NCBI GenBank assembly: GCA_013239625.1
Contig: MU056216.1
Location: 4,275,099 to 4,339,098 of the forward strand
From: Lama guanicoe
Taxonomy: Eukaryota
Length of the DNA stretch: 64,000 nt
Direction: 5' to 3'
Positions 39,241-51,389 of this stretch are shown here, in pieces; position 1 is the stretch's first letter, and every line of letters begins with the position of its first letter. A model generated the notes under the pieces. The model did not search any database and was not told the DNA's origin. It worked only from the letters and a program-made list of their open reading frames with translations. Both the position numbers and the translations under genes were made by a program.

Positions 39241-39387
39241 NNNNNNNNNNNNNNNNNNNNNNNNNNNNNNNNNNNNNNNNNNNNNNNNNNNNNNNNNNNN
39301 NNNNNNNNNNNNNNNNNNNNNNNNNNNNNNNNNNNNNNNNNNNNNNNNNNNNNNNNNNNNNNNNNNNNNNNNNNNNNNNNNNNNNNN
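39241..39387. other. Assembly gap (147 N)
   Basis: Run of N. Confidence 1.
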
Positions 39388-39657
39388 GGCATTATTTTGT
39401 GGAAATACAGGTAGAAGTTGGTAGTGAGGAGTCCAAGAGGCATTTTAACAGTGATTTGTATGCCTGCGATCAAAGAACACACTCCCAGCATGCTTTTTAC
39501 TAGGTAGAAAAATAAAGCCACTGTCTGTATTTTGCGATAGTACTTAAACAGGCTTCTGATAAAAGCCAGTTAAAAACTATTTTGTGTAGTTCTTCAGATG
39601 AAGTGAAACTACATTGTCTTACGCCAGCTAAGAGTAGACAGATAAAACACAAGACTT

Positions 39658-40077
39658 CGTCAATTTTAAAATAAAATAGGCAGTTATCTTACCAGCTCCA
39701 TGAGTTTATCTGGGAATAGCAAGAGGAATCGAAATTTGGGAAAAGAAAGCCCCAGCTGACCGTGGGCAAATCCAGAGGAAAAGAAGGAAGAGAGCTCGCT
39801 TTTATAGCGGAAGTGGGGACGTTGGATGGGGCTGCTCCAAATGAAATGATTTCACTGGAGGAAATAGAGTTCAGGGTGGTGACAGCTTCTCATTGGCTGA
39901 ACTGCAGCACTTCTCATTGGCTGGGCTGTTGCTGGGCGAGGAGAAAAATCTTCCTTCCTCATGCTGGGGTAACCTTCCCGCCCAGGATTGTAAAGTAAGC
40001 TGCGGTATATGGTGTGTGCCTTCAGGGCTTCCCGATTCCATTTGAAATGCGGTTTGTCTTTATGAATTTTCACAACA
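39658..40077 (-). mobile_element. Solo ERV1-type LTR (~420 bp)
   Basis: On - strand starts TGTTGTGAAAATTC; duplicated CAGCCAATGAGAAG boxes (39886-39899, 39910-39923); CTATAAAAG at 39799-39807; poly(A)-like CCAGATAAAC; ends ..TTTTAAAATTGACG. Confidence 0.75.
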
Positions 40078-40699
40078 TTCATGGTCATTCAGCAAACGTA
40101 CTTGACTTCTCCTCTGTGTCAGGAGCAGCTCCAGTGAGCTCTGGGAGGGCCTGCGCTAAGGCAGTGGGCTGGGAAATGGGATCGGTGTGAGTCATTGAGG
40201 GGTAATTACTGACCAGCTGACAGCTCGGGGTGGCACTCAGGGTGCACTTTGTCTTAGGGTTCTTCAGGGTCCTGCTGGTGTTGGTTGCCATTGACTAACC
40301 TCCTGCAGGTGAAGGCTTGTCTCCTGGACAAGTGGGGCAGGGAGCTCAGACCCACAAGAGGTCTGGGCAGCTGGAGCAGGGGCAGGACTGGCCGAAGGAA
40401 AAGTCTGGAACATTGTGCAGGAGGGGAAGCCAGGAGCAAGCCAAGCAGCTCAGAGGACATGGGACTGAAAGAGAAGGACTCAGACGCTCCACCAGGCTGA
40501 ACTCGGGACAGCGCACTGGGGCCGCCGTGCTCTGCCAGACCAGGGGCCGGGGAAACTGGTTTAGAGAGAGAAAAGACAGAAGCAGACTCTGGGAGGAGGC
40601 AGGGCAGGAGGCAGGATCTCAACAGCCCCACCTCACCTCCTCCACCCTCAGGCGCCCCTCTCTTGGTTAAAGCCTCGTAGCCCTCCTGACTCCATCTCT

Positions 40700-41255
40700 G
40701 CCCTCTGAGAGGTGGTGCCCCACTCGATGTCCTCCCTGCCACCTCACTCGCTATCATCCATCTCCACACAACAGCTGGAATGATCTTTTAAAACAAGTCA
40801 AATCTTACCGCTTCCCTCCTTAAAACCCTCAGTGTCTTCCACCATCCTTAGAATGAAAGCTCAGCTTCCTAGCCTGGCGGCCACACCCCTTTGACACCTG
40901 GCTCCTGCCTTTCCTACCACACTCCCTCCTCCTTGATGACACTTGCCTTTCCTGTGACCCTCTAAGCTGGGTACCCCTCCGGGGACTGCATCACACTCAC
41001 CTGGCTGCATCTTTCTACTGACACCTTGGCAGGAACACCTCTCCCCCGCCCTCAGCCCATCACCTCCACCCCATTCTCCTGCTACAGTGTCTCCACAGCA
41101 CTTCCTACTAGCAGAGATGGTGTTATTTGTCTATTGTTGTCTTTCTCTGCTCCATTAGAACTTCAGCTCCTGAAGGGCATTTGCCTGGTCTGTTTCAGCC
41201 CCCTGCGGTGGCCCCAGCACCTACATGGGATAGGTGCCCAGTAAATATTTGTTGT
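40700..41255 (+). mobile_element. L2 LINE 3' region
   Basis: catctccacacaacagctggaatgatcttttaaaacaagtcaaatc..cttaaaaccctcagtg..; tail ccccagcacctacatgggataggtgcccagtaaatatttgttg. Confidence 0.75.
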
Positions 41256-43499
41256 ACCAGAGAGAGTGGGTCAGTTCCTGATGGCCTTCAGATTTCCAGC
41301 CCCAGTTCTTCCTGAGTCTCAGGTGTGTGCCTGCAAATTCTCCTACAGTCCAATTATAAATTCCCCCCAGCTTGAACTTGCTTGATTTGGCTTCTGATCC
41401 TTGTAAATCACAGTTCCACCCAGCCTTGAGGTAGAGGAGCTGGGCAGGGAGCTCGCGGGGGTGGGGAGGGTGCTCTTAGGAGTGCTGATCCTGTTCAGTG
41501 TTCAGACGTTTGACCTGGGAACTGAGATGTGGCTGCAGACCTCCCAGGCTGCCCAGTAGCCACAATGACTGTGAGCAGTAAGGCATGTGTCAAGGGGCGG
41601 GGGGCCAGCCTGGGTTTCTCCTTCAATGCCTGGAGCAGATCAGGCATTTAGATATCTAGCAGCTTTGCCTCTCGATTCATAATCTTGGGTCTTCCAGGGA
41701 ATTGCTTTTCAAACTGCCAATTCCTGTGGGCTGGAAATGACACATCTGTCATTACTGGACTCAGGCAGTCACCAAGGTCACACGGAATCCAGGAGCCTTA
41801 AGTGATCCCAGAGCATGAGAGAGGACCTCCCTCTGCAGCCTAGCAGGTTTGCTATGGGACACGTCTCCAAACCTTCCTTTACAACTCATGGCCTTTACAC
41901 CTTTCGCCCCACCACTGCCACACAGCCCTGACCCACCAGGCTGGCCGCTGGCTTTGCCCCTTTCAGGCCCCTCCCTTCATGTTCTTTCATGAAATCACAG
42001 CCCACACTTCAACGGCCAGCTCACATGCTACCATCCCAACACAGGGACCCGATGCCACTTTTCTCTCCTCCCTAAATCCCTCTCCTAAGCACAGGATCTC
42101 ATTCTGCCCATCAGGGCAGTGTGTGTGCGTGCGGGCATGTGTGTGTGTACGTGTGGTCTTCCCTGAGCGCAGGGTCTGGCCTCACCACACCACTGGGCCT
42201 CGTTTAAGGGACCAATTCCTGGAGTCCCTCCCACAGTGGTTTTGCTCTTCCTCGAGGCTAAGGCAGAGCTCACCCAGGCAAAACCCAGCTGCAACACCAG
42301 CCCCTTGTCTGGAAACTTCCCAGGCACCAGGGGAGGCCAAGGTTCCTGGGAACCCTCAGGGAGAACCACTTTCCCGGGGAACGGCCCAGCACCGCGCAGC
42401 CGGGAGATGGCCTAGGAGAAAAGCAGTAGATAAACTGTGAAAGCCCTGGAGGCTCAGTGGTTGCCTAGAAGTTTAGGCTCAGAAGGAAGGGAAGGGCACG
42501 TAAGAGGCAAGACAAAACAAGGACTCTTCCTAGTTTGGGTGTGTGTGGGGGGGTGGTCGTGAGTGTGGCAGGGAAGTGCGGGGAGGCGGCTGGTGAGGGG
42601 TGAATGGCGGGGGGGCTGGAGTCATTTGCACCGAACATTCTTCGGGGGACAGAGAAGCAGGGATGACTGATGAGGAAGAGGCATGTTATTAAACATTCCC
42701 CAGAAATGGGTGGGGCTTTAAATGGAAGATGAAGCCTCCATCCTGAGGCATCTAATATTTTTTGTACTTTACAGAAAACTCCACTGATCCAAATTTAAGT
42801 GTCTCCAACTAAAGTCAGAGAAGAGCAGCATGTCTCTCTTTTGGATTCCTAGAATAAAGTTCAAAATTTAGCTGGGTTCTAAACACATACGGAATTTAGC
42901 CTTAACCCTGATCGTTAAGCAAGGAGGAGAAAACAGAAGTTTGTAAAACATCCATATTCCTCCAGACCCAACAAGATCCTTGCTGAGCACTGCTCCCCCA
43001 AGTGCCCTAGTGAGGGCAGGTGTCCCCATGACTAAATCTGCATGACGCCAGGTCCAGGTCCCCTCCACCTGGGTGATGGAGACACCACACCTCTGTGATG
43101 GGGGTGTATTTAGCCCCCAGGGCTGAGTCATCAGAAATAGCCGGGCACAACTGTTCTGCTTTAATCAAATGTCAGTGCATTCTCTAGGAAATCATACCTA
43201 CGGTGATGGAATTCTACCCAGGAGAGAAGGGAAAAAAATCAAAATAGATTTGTGAAAATAATCACATTTCTAAATATGATGCAGATAAATTGATTGAGAC
43301 AAGATCTCGCCCTCTAAACCAGACTGAACCAACATGTTAGAGAGAAACCACCTTACTTTTCACAACTTCTGTGCACTGGCACCCATCGTGGTCATTTCCT
43401 AATTCCCACTGGGCACCTGCATCATTCATTCAGTATTTTCTAGGAGCCTGTATCCCATTCCAAGACAATCCCGGAACCTCTGCGTCTCATCACGTCAGT

Positions 43500-43700
43500 G
43501 TCATATCACATCAGTATCATTCTAACAGTGACGTCTGCCAGTCAGTGCGCTAGGCATTCACGTCCATAATTTCATGCAACCTGCACAAGCTTCCTTCTAC
43601 ACCGATCTGGAAGCTCAGAAAGGTGGAGTGATTTTCTTGAGGGGGGTAGCATCAGGTTTTGAACTCAAGTCTGCCCAACTCTGATGCCGAGACAGATGGA
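43500..43700 (-). mobile_element. MIR
   Basis: gcgctaggcattcacgtccataatttcatgcaacc..ggaagctcagaaaggtggagtgattt..tttgaactcaagtctg. Confidence 0.6.
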
Positions 43701-45877
43701 ATTTCACTGATGAGTCATCCCAACAGTGTACTCTGCACAGCTAAATGCAGATTCAGAGCCCTGGGCTGCAAGCACAGACATAAACACATTGTAGAGGCAC
43801 CCCGGTGCCAGGGCTGGACTCCAGCCTCACACTCTGTCCCATCGCCCATTTCATGATGATGAGTTAATGTTTGAGTTTCTAGATGAATTAAACACACACA
43901 TACACACAGACACAAAACAAAAAAACCAAAAACAATCAAGAGAATTTGGTCTCTGGCTTCAGACTGGGAAGTTGTTTGGTGACAGAGACACCTGTTGGCT
44001 CTTGAGTTCAAACACACTGTCTTGCCAGAGGACACTTCTCTTGCCCCAAGCACAGCACCACGGGGTGCCGAGGAAGCCCTACTTCTTCTTCTGAGACCAC
44101 GCAGTGTCACCTTTGCAGGGAGGTGGGTGGCCCAGGGCGGCACACTGGGTGGGGGCTTTGTGACTGGAGCAAGCAAGTGTGGACACCCACTCCAGCTGTC
44201 TCCTGGACAGTCAGCTTGACTGTGAGACTCGCTGAGCAAGAGTGATGGACCCAACCTCAGCACCCACAGGATTTGAACGTTGTCTGTTCCTTGACCTACC
44301 GGGCCCTGGGTGCCCGTCAGTTCACAGCAGGTCCATACTGGGGCCCATTACAGCACCTCTGTGCTCAGATAGTTAGTGTGGCCAGGGAGCTGGGTCCCCC
44401 ATGGGCAGGCAGGCTCTGCTCCCTCAGTGCCCCAACGTGGTCCATGCACAAAGGACACCCCTCCACGAAACCATGTCCATGGGGCTTCCTTTTTGGGGGT
44501 GGGAACTGTCTCTTCCCCCTCTTTATACACTATTATATGCTTAAATTTTTTTCTATGAGTTTCCTGTTTATATTAAGAAGGAAAAACAGCCATGTCCTTT
44601 TCAGAGGAAAAAAACGTTAAATTTCCATCAGTTCTTGTTTTCGTCTCAGCCAGCCCTTGGATGATTTTTCCAACTGTTTTTTTTTTTTAATCTTTTCAAA
44701 CAGAATAAAGGAGGCTCTGGGACTTTGCAGTGTTATTTAACACTCTCATATTCTATCCTGTAATTTCAGCCACTGCCATTGTCTTTACACAAAGGAAAAC
44801 GGCAGACAAGCAGACATCTCCCTCTGGAAGGAACCCAAACAATGGTGTTCACGTCCCTGCCCAAGCTGAGGTCCAAATGAAGAAAGCAGAGTGGTTTCGT
44901 CCCTACCAGCTCCACAATACTTTCCAGTACCAATTCAGCCTTCCCACTCGCCAAGGAAATCTGAAGGGGAAAGTGAGTGTCAGCATGAGGGTTGCTTCAA
45001 TAATTCCTTTGTATATACGTGCCTTACCTTTTTTTTTTTTTTTAAAGACGCAGTTAAGAAAAAGCTGTATGCAAGTAAAACTTTTCTAACTCAAAAACAA
45101 TTTTATATACATTAAGAAATTTATCTATTGAAATATCATCATGAATTTTTTTAAAGCCAAAACAAATCCTTCTGTAATTCAAATAATCTTTCTCTAATTC
45201 ATCTATTGGACTGGCTGATTTTGGCCTATGCTGGATTTTCTTAAAATAAAAGTCACTTTTATTAATCTTGGTTTCTTAGTAAACTGGCAGAACAATTTGG
45301 GGACTTATTTTTTGACATGTTAATTTCCAGATGGCATTTAAGGAAAAAAGACACCTACAAGTGTTACATTCATTTACTATTAGGTGATTCTATCTCAACT
45401 CTTCACCAAGGTCTTAAATACTGAAAAGTTATCAGGAATGGACAGATACTATGATTTATTCTGGTACATGTGGAATCTTTTCAGAGAAATTTGCTCAAGT
45501 TTTAGAAAGCACCTATTTTCCAAAGAAATGGACTCCTTTCCTAAGGTTGTTATCAAGCCTCCCTTTCCACAGCGGAACTTCCCATAGCTGGGCATCCAGG
45601 AAAGGAGTCCAGCGCACCTGGAGTGAAGTCCTGCCAGGTGTGCCACGGGGCACTGGGCGCACCAGCAGGTGGCACGGTCCCCTCTGAACCACAAGATAAT
45701 CACCTCAGTGACTACAGAGAAGTGTTGGTGTCAGGATGTGGCAAAGGGGAAAAATCTCCAAATCTGATAAAGGACTGTCACCAGCATGTCTGCGGAACCT
45801 GCAATTAGGGCAAAGTTCTAATGTGCTAACAGTTTGTGTCGGTGACGACTGCAAAATGTCTAATTTCCCCTTTACGG

Positions 45878-46008
45878 CAGGTGACCACATGTCCCAGTTT
45901 GCCTGGGTAGTCCCACTTTAGGCCGGCTGCCCTGGCATCATTTGTAATAGCACTTCCTTTTACTCTTATAAGTAGCCGGGTTTGGATGATGAATTACACT
46001 GTCACCTC
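45878..46008. mobile_element. MER94-like hAT-Blackjack DNA transposon
   Basis: aggtgaccacatgtcccagtttgcctggg..gtcccacttta..aatagcacttccttttactctt..gggtttggatgatgaatta..gtcacct; terminal inverted repeats AGGTGAC/GTCACCT. Confidence 0.8.
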
Positions 46009-46521
46009 ACTTAGGACTACCCTCCAACTGCCCCCCCAAGATGCCCAGCAGAGCCTTTGGGTCCAGACTCTTCTACTCCTCCTCCCACCCTACTCTTTCA
46101 GGGCCAAGGACCCCAAAACATAGCCCTCCGGATTAAATGGTGTGCACTGAAAGCAGCCTTTTGTAGACAATCACTCTCAACCAGGGATGTGCATCTGATG
46201 GGGCCATGGGGTCTAGGTCCATGTCTGAACCAGCGGGACAGACACCCCAACGGGGGTGCTTTCTAGAGTTCTCCCCACACACCAGAGGTGGGCATTTGGG
46301 AGAGGGGCTCACGCAGTACAAGGATGGCCCATCAGAGGGCTCTGGCCACCCTCACAGCCTCCACTGTTAAAGCACCATCCTTCTCTCTCCTGAAACCTGA
46401 GGAGGCACCGAGCAAAACCAGCCCTCAAGGTTCTCACTGAAGACAGGCTGCCTCGGCCCCCAGAAGGCTTCTCACTCAGAGCCAGCCCAAGGCAGACTTT
46501 TAGATGAATAAAAAAAGAAAA

Positions 46522-46527
46522 TTTATT
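46522..46527 (-). terminator. ATP7B: Probable main ATP7B polyadenylation signal
   Basis: AATAAA on - strand followed by TTTTCTTTTTTTATTC; UTR length similar to the ~2 kb recalled for the human mRNA. Confidence 0.6.
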
Positions 46528-47044
46528 CTAATATAGCATGGAAAGTTTCTGAAGTAGGAATTCTTTTCTGACCAAAAATTCCTTATACTTTGAACATCTA
46601 AAAGGTTATTTTCCGTACAATTATATAAATATTCTCGTGTCCCCATAAACATGACATTTATGGTCCTAAAAGCTTTTTGAAAAATCAATACAATTAGATT
46701 CTTCAGACAATGACCAGCCTAGTTACAAAACAAGAAACACCCCCAGCACAGCCAAGAGTAAAGAGAGGACAAGACTGGGGACAGAGCAGGAAGGGGCTGG
46801 GAGGGGAGAGAGGACTGGAAAGTAAAAGCACAACAAAGCGCTGTGCATGGATTTTTAGAGAGTAAGACCCAGCAAAAACTAAACTGTATGGAAATGGAAA
46901 GGAACCATCCCGAGGGAAGGTGACGCGACCTTGTGATTGAATTTCACTCCAAGTCCATGAATCTATCACCTGGCAGATCCCTTCTTCCAGGTGCAAGCGC
47001 CTTTTCCTTGTTCATTCTTATCAAGCAAACTATTCAAGTAGAGG

Positions 47045-47270
47045 CCAGTTGGAGAAAAGACTTCAGAGCCAATAGACGTGGATTCAGACCCCTGCTCTGG
47101 CCTATACACTGGCTGTGTGATTCTGGGCAAGATCACTAGCCTCTCTGAGCCCGTTCCCCCCTGTGAAACGTGGACATTATCTACTTTGCTGGTTTGTTGG
47201 GAGGATTAGAGGTAATTTATAAATAGTGTTTGTATCCCCCTGGAAAATAGCTGACACTTAATAAATAACT
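47045..47270 (+). mobile_element. MIR inside the ATP7B 3'UTR (antisense to the mRNA)
   Basis: ctggctgtgtgattctgggcaagatcactagcctctctgagcc..ctgtgaaacgtgg..ttgttgggaggatta..acttaataaat. Confidence 0.8.
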
Positions 47271-48494
47271 CAAATGACTGTGTGTGTGTGACAAAGGCTT
47301 CATCTCAGAACTGGGAACAGGCTCTGCTCTGCCTGTTCTAAGATTCTGATCATACTAGTCTTCCCCTGTGTGGTCTGCCAATCACCACCGACCTCAGAGT
47401 CTACAATGGCCCTTTTCCTGCCCCTCCAATGTCATGCAACCACAAAGGCCACTGCAAGTTAGAAAGACTCTCCCTTGGGAAGTTGTGGTCACCCCTTTCC
47501 TAAGGCACCAGCTCAGCGTGCAGAAGTCAAAGCACGTGGAGGACTGGGGTGTCCTCTCTCTTATTTGGGTACCACTTCCTCGGAGCTGCACATTGGGGTA
47601 CTACCTCCATGAATTCTGTATTGGACCCTGTGAGGCCATGTAACTGAAGCCCCAGGAACTGGGCCAGCAGGTTCCTGCACCACAGGCCTCCCGGGGTCCG
47701 TCTACCTGGATCCCACAGGAAGACAAATTTCTCAAGTCTCAGGTTCTGAGACCTCACTCCAGCTGGGCAGCGACAATCAGCAACAGCACTCGGTTCTGCA
47801 GAGTGAGAAGCCACGACTCCACAGAGAAGAGGCTCAGCAGCAAGAAAGAACTCTTCTCGCCCTGAGGACGTGTGGCGAGCTCTCCGGCGGGCGTGTGAGT
47901 TGGGGGGCGCGGGCAGGAGCACTCGAGCCCCTCGGAGAGGCACCCGAGAACAGCAGCGGGGAAGCGAGGACGGCAGCCCTGGCCTCGGATGATGGGGTGC
48001 CACACCCCCAGTGTCAAGGGCAGAAAAGGGAGAGGCGGTGCCAGCAGAGCACAATGGGTGCACTTGAGGTAAACTGGTCTCAGATACACGTTGCACGTGG
48101 GTGTCGTCAAAAAGAGCCCGACCCCGAGGTTTTTATTAGCTCCATGGAAAGGCCTGGCTAAGGTCCTGGTCCTGATGAGGTCTTCCTCGTGTCACGAGCA
48201 GTCATCCCAAATGCTAAAGCAGAGGCTGCGCAGAGGGCTGGCTGTCCCAGCAGTCTTCTGACAAGCCCCGCCACAGCACGGGGGAGGACGCCTCCCCTGA
48301 GCCCGTGGGGCCAGGCAGCGCCGTCCACGTGCCCAGGACGGGATGATCAAGGAGGCCCGGGGAGCGGAAGCACCAGGGCTGGAGAGGGGCCCCACAACCC
48401 TGCTGCCGGCCGCTGGTGCCACGCCTGCTGGGCTCGAGCCTCGGCCACGGGGAGGGGGGCCAGGCCGGCCGGGGTCTGCGCCTGCCTGTGGCTT

Positions 48495-48768
48495 TCAGAT
48501 GCACTGCTCCTCATCCCGGTCATTCAGGAGCAGAGACCACTTGTCCCCTCTGTCACTGGCCGCAGTGCTGTGCCGAGACAGCTTGTCGGACTTGAGGGAG
48601 GACAGGGACACCTGGCTGATGTAGCTGACCTGGTCCCAGGGTGTGGCCCGGGGGGAGTCCCGCCGCCGGTCGTCCATGCCGATGTGCACGCTGACCTGGG
48701 ACGCAGTCAGGGGCTTCATGCGGCCCTGTGCCTGTGCTGCGTACCACTCCAGCTCCGGCTTCTTATAG
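48495..48768 (-). CDS. ATP7B: ATP7B exon 21, coding part (274 nt incl. TGA)
   Basis: ttgcAG|CTATAAG; [33 protein letters not shown]...[16 protein letters not shown]; tri-leucine trafficking signal. Confidence 0.97.
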
Positions 48769-49240
48769 CTGCAAAGCAAGAGACCAAGAGCACGTGGGCC
48801 ATTCTGGACACACAAGTTGAACCCCGGTGAAGGCCCCTTGTTCAAGTCTTTCAAGAACAGGCAATATCAAAAGCTCATGGGTTTTAAATGAAAGGCCACT
48901 GGACTCTGAAGGTTCAGGTAAAGTTCACCCAGTTTAGAAACCTTCTATCCAAACATCTGTACACGGCAGGCTGTCGTTAACTTCCATTAAATAAAAGCAC
49001 AAATAAACAAACATCTATGTTTAAAAAGGAAAAATGGTAACATACAGGGATCCTACGCCTACATATTTACATAAACAGCCCTCGAGCGAAATAACCAGAA
49101 TCTCCAGGAGCGTGGTGAGCTGCTTGCTCCAGGTGTGGATGAAGCATTACACCAGCACACGCTGGGCTCCGCTCCGGGCAGTGCTCTGGGCCCGGGAGGC
49201 CCCTGTGCTCAGTGGACGACGCCAGCTGCTCGGGGACTCA

Positions 49241-49426
<186 letters not shown>

Positions 49427-50379
49427 TCATCTGGGCGGCTCAGACCATGTGCCCGCAGGCCTGAGGCTGGCTGTCTCAGACCTGGGCAGTGAGGACTGGG
49501 GTCCCCCACCTGCCCTGACCTTCCTGGGACCGTCCACAGGTGGCATCACCTGTTTCGAGGAAGCTACAGAGGAGCAGGGCATCCTAGGGACCCGGATGGG
49601 CAGCACCTTGGACTGGTGACCACGGTCCCCATCTACATGGACTGTCCACCCTCAAGGGCATCAAAGCACCTTGAAAAAGGGCAGCAAGACCAGGTCCCAG
49701 GACAGAGCCAGGAGACTCGGACCACTTAAGGGCAAAGGTCCATGGCAAAGGCACAAGCACGACAGGGAATCAGCCCTGAGCCAGCTCTGGGGCCGGAGGG
49801 ACACCGGCCTGAGCTGGGGCTGAGGCCGACACGCTGGTCCACCGTGTGAGTCAGCACTGACCGCTCGGGCACAACAGGAAAGCCAAAGGTGGGAAAGTCA
49901 TGTTTAAAAATACGTCTCAGCCCAAATGGGAGCTTTCTTTGTGAAAGTGTCTGGAACTTTTATCTCTCTGGTGACACAGATTCAATGGGGGAAGGAGTTA
50001 GGAAGCAGAAAACATCCGTCTCTTTTCCTGGTTTATTTCTGAGCCAGGGTAAAATCTGGGCAGGATTAATTTCTAAGATAGGGCTCTGAAGCATCAGGCC
50101 CTGTGCCCAGCATAAAGCAGATGCCCCATAACTGTTAATAATCATTATTCTTCAGACTGTCTGTCTTAGTAATGTTTCAGAACAAAGGGCCACAGTAAAG
50201 AGTGTCAAGCATCTTGGCCAGCTTTGCAGAGAGGCCTGGAGTGAATGAAGGCTTGAGTCCTCTCTGCAGTTTCTCATTCAACTTTAGAGACTTACAGAGC
50301 AGAACATAATAAAATCAACTCTGCATACAAGGTTCTGGCCGCAGCTGGGGTCAGGGGGCACAGGGCAGCGAGGGCCCAC

Positions 50380-50497
50380 CTGCTGCGATGGGTATTCCGA
50401 CCAGGTTGTAGATCAACGCCAGCACCAGGTTGAGGCGGATTCTCCACACAGTCCTCTTGGAGAGGTGAATGCTGGCCACCACGTCGAGCAGGTCGTT
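50380..50497 (-). CDS. ATP7B: ATP7B exon 19 (118 nt)
   Basis: gcAG|AACGAC...GCAGCAG|GTgggc; [39 protein letters not shown] (YN motif). Confidence 0.97.
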
Positions 50498-50546
50498 CTG
50501 CAGGAGAGAAACACGCGGTGAATCGGGAGCTGCCCTGCGGCCCTCA

Positions 50547-51005
<459 letters not shown>

Positions 51006-51389
51006 TCACTGGCCTCCTGCCCTCATCCCGGCCTCCTGACACTTTTCTCCAGGCACTGTCCCAGTGATCTTTCCAAACAATGATCATTTGGTCACCTTAC
51101 TCCTGCTTGAAGACCCCACTTCCGGTAGGACAACATCTGAACTCCTCCGTCCATCAGCTGAGGTCCCCCAAGAGCAGGGAGCTGGGCAGGGGTCTGACCT
51201 GCTCTGCCCGGGCCCAGCTCCCTGCCCCGGGGCCCAGTGGGTCCACGCTGCCCTCTCCAACTCACCGCCACTTTGCACCTGCTGGCAGTGCTCATGCTGC
51301 CTGCTCTGTCCTGCAAAGGTCAGTGCTCCTATCCCAGCCCTCCCCTCTTCTTCACCTGACAATCCTGACTCAGGCCTCCTGTCCCCAGG

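Larger units (their letters stand above)
46500..48494 (-). other. ATP7B: ATP7B 3'UTR (approx. 2.0 kb, end inferred)
   Basis: From the stop codon to the AATAAA at 46522-46527 (- strand), which is followed by a U-rich tract. Confidence 0.65.

Noticed and set aside
48498-48512. C-terminal EEQCI versus human EEQYI
   Set aside because: I recall the Cys ending in rodent ATP7B as well; not a CaaX motif
47527-48830. 189-aa and 213-aa ORFs around the ATP7B last exon
   Set aside because: Stop-poor GC-rich sequence in the UTR or antisense to exon 21; low-complexity Ala/Gly/Pro/Arg translations
50444-50446. Trp at the position of human R1319 in ATP7B (KRTVWRIR)
   Set aside because: I recall Trp here in other laurasiatherian ATP7B proteins, so probably not lineage-specific
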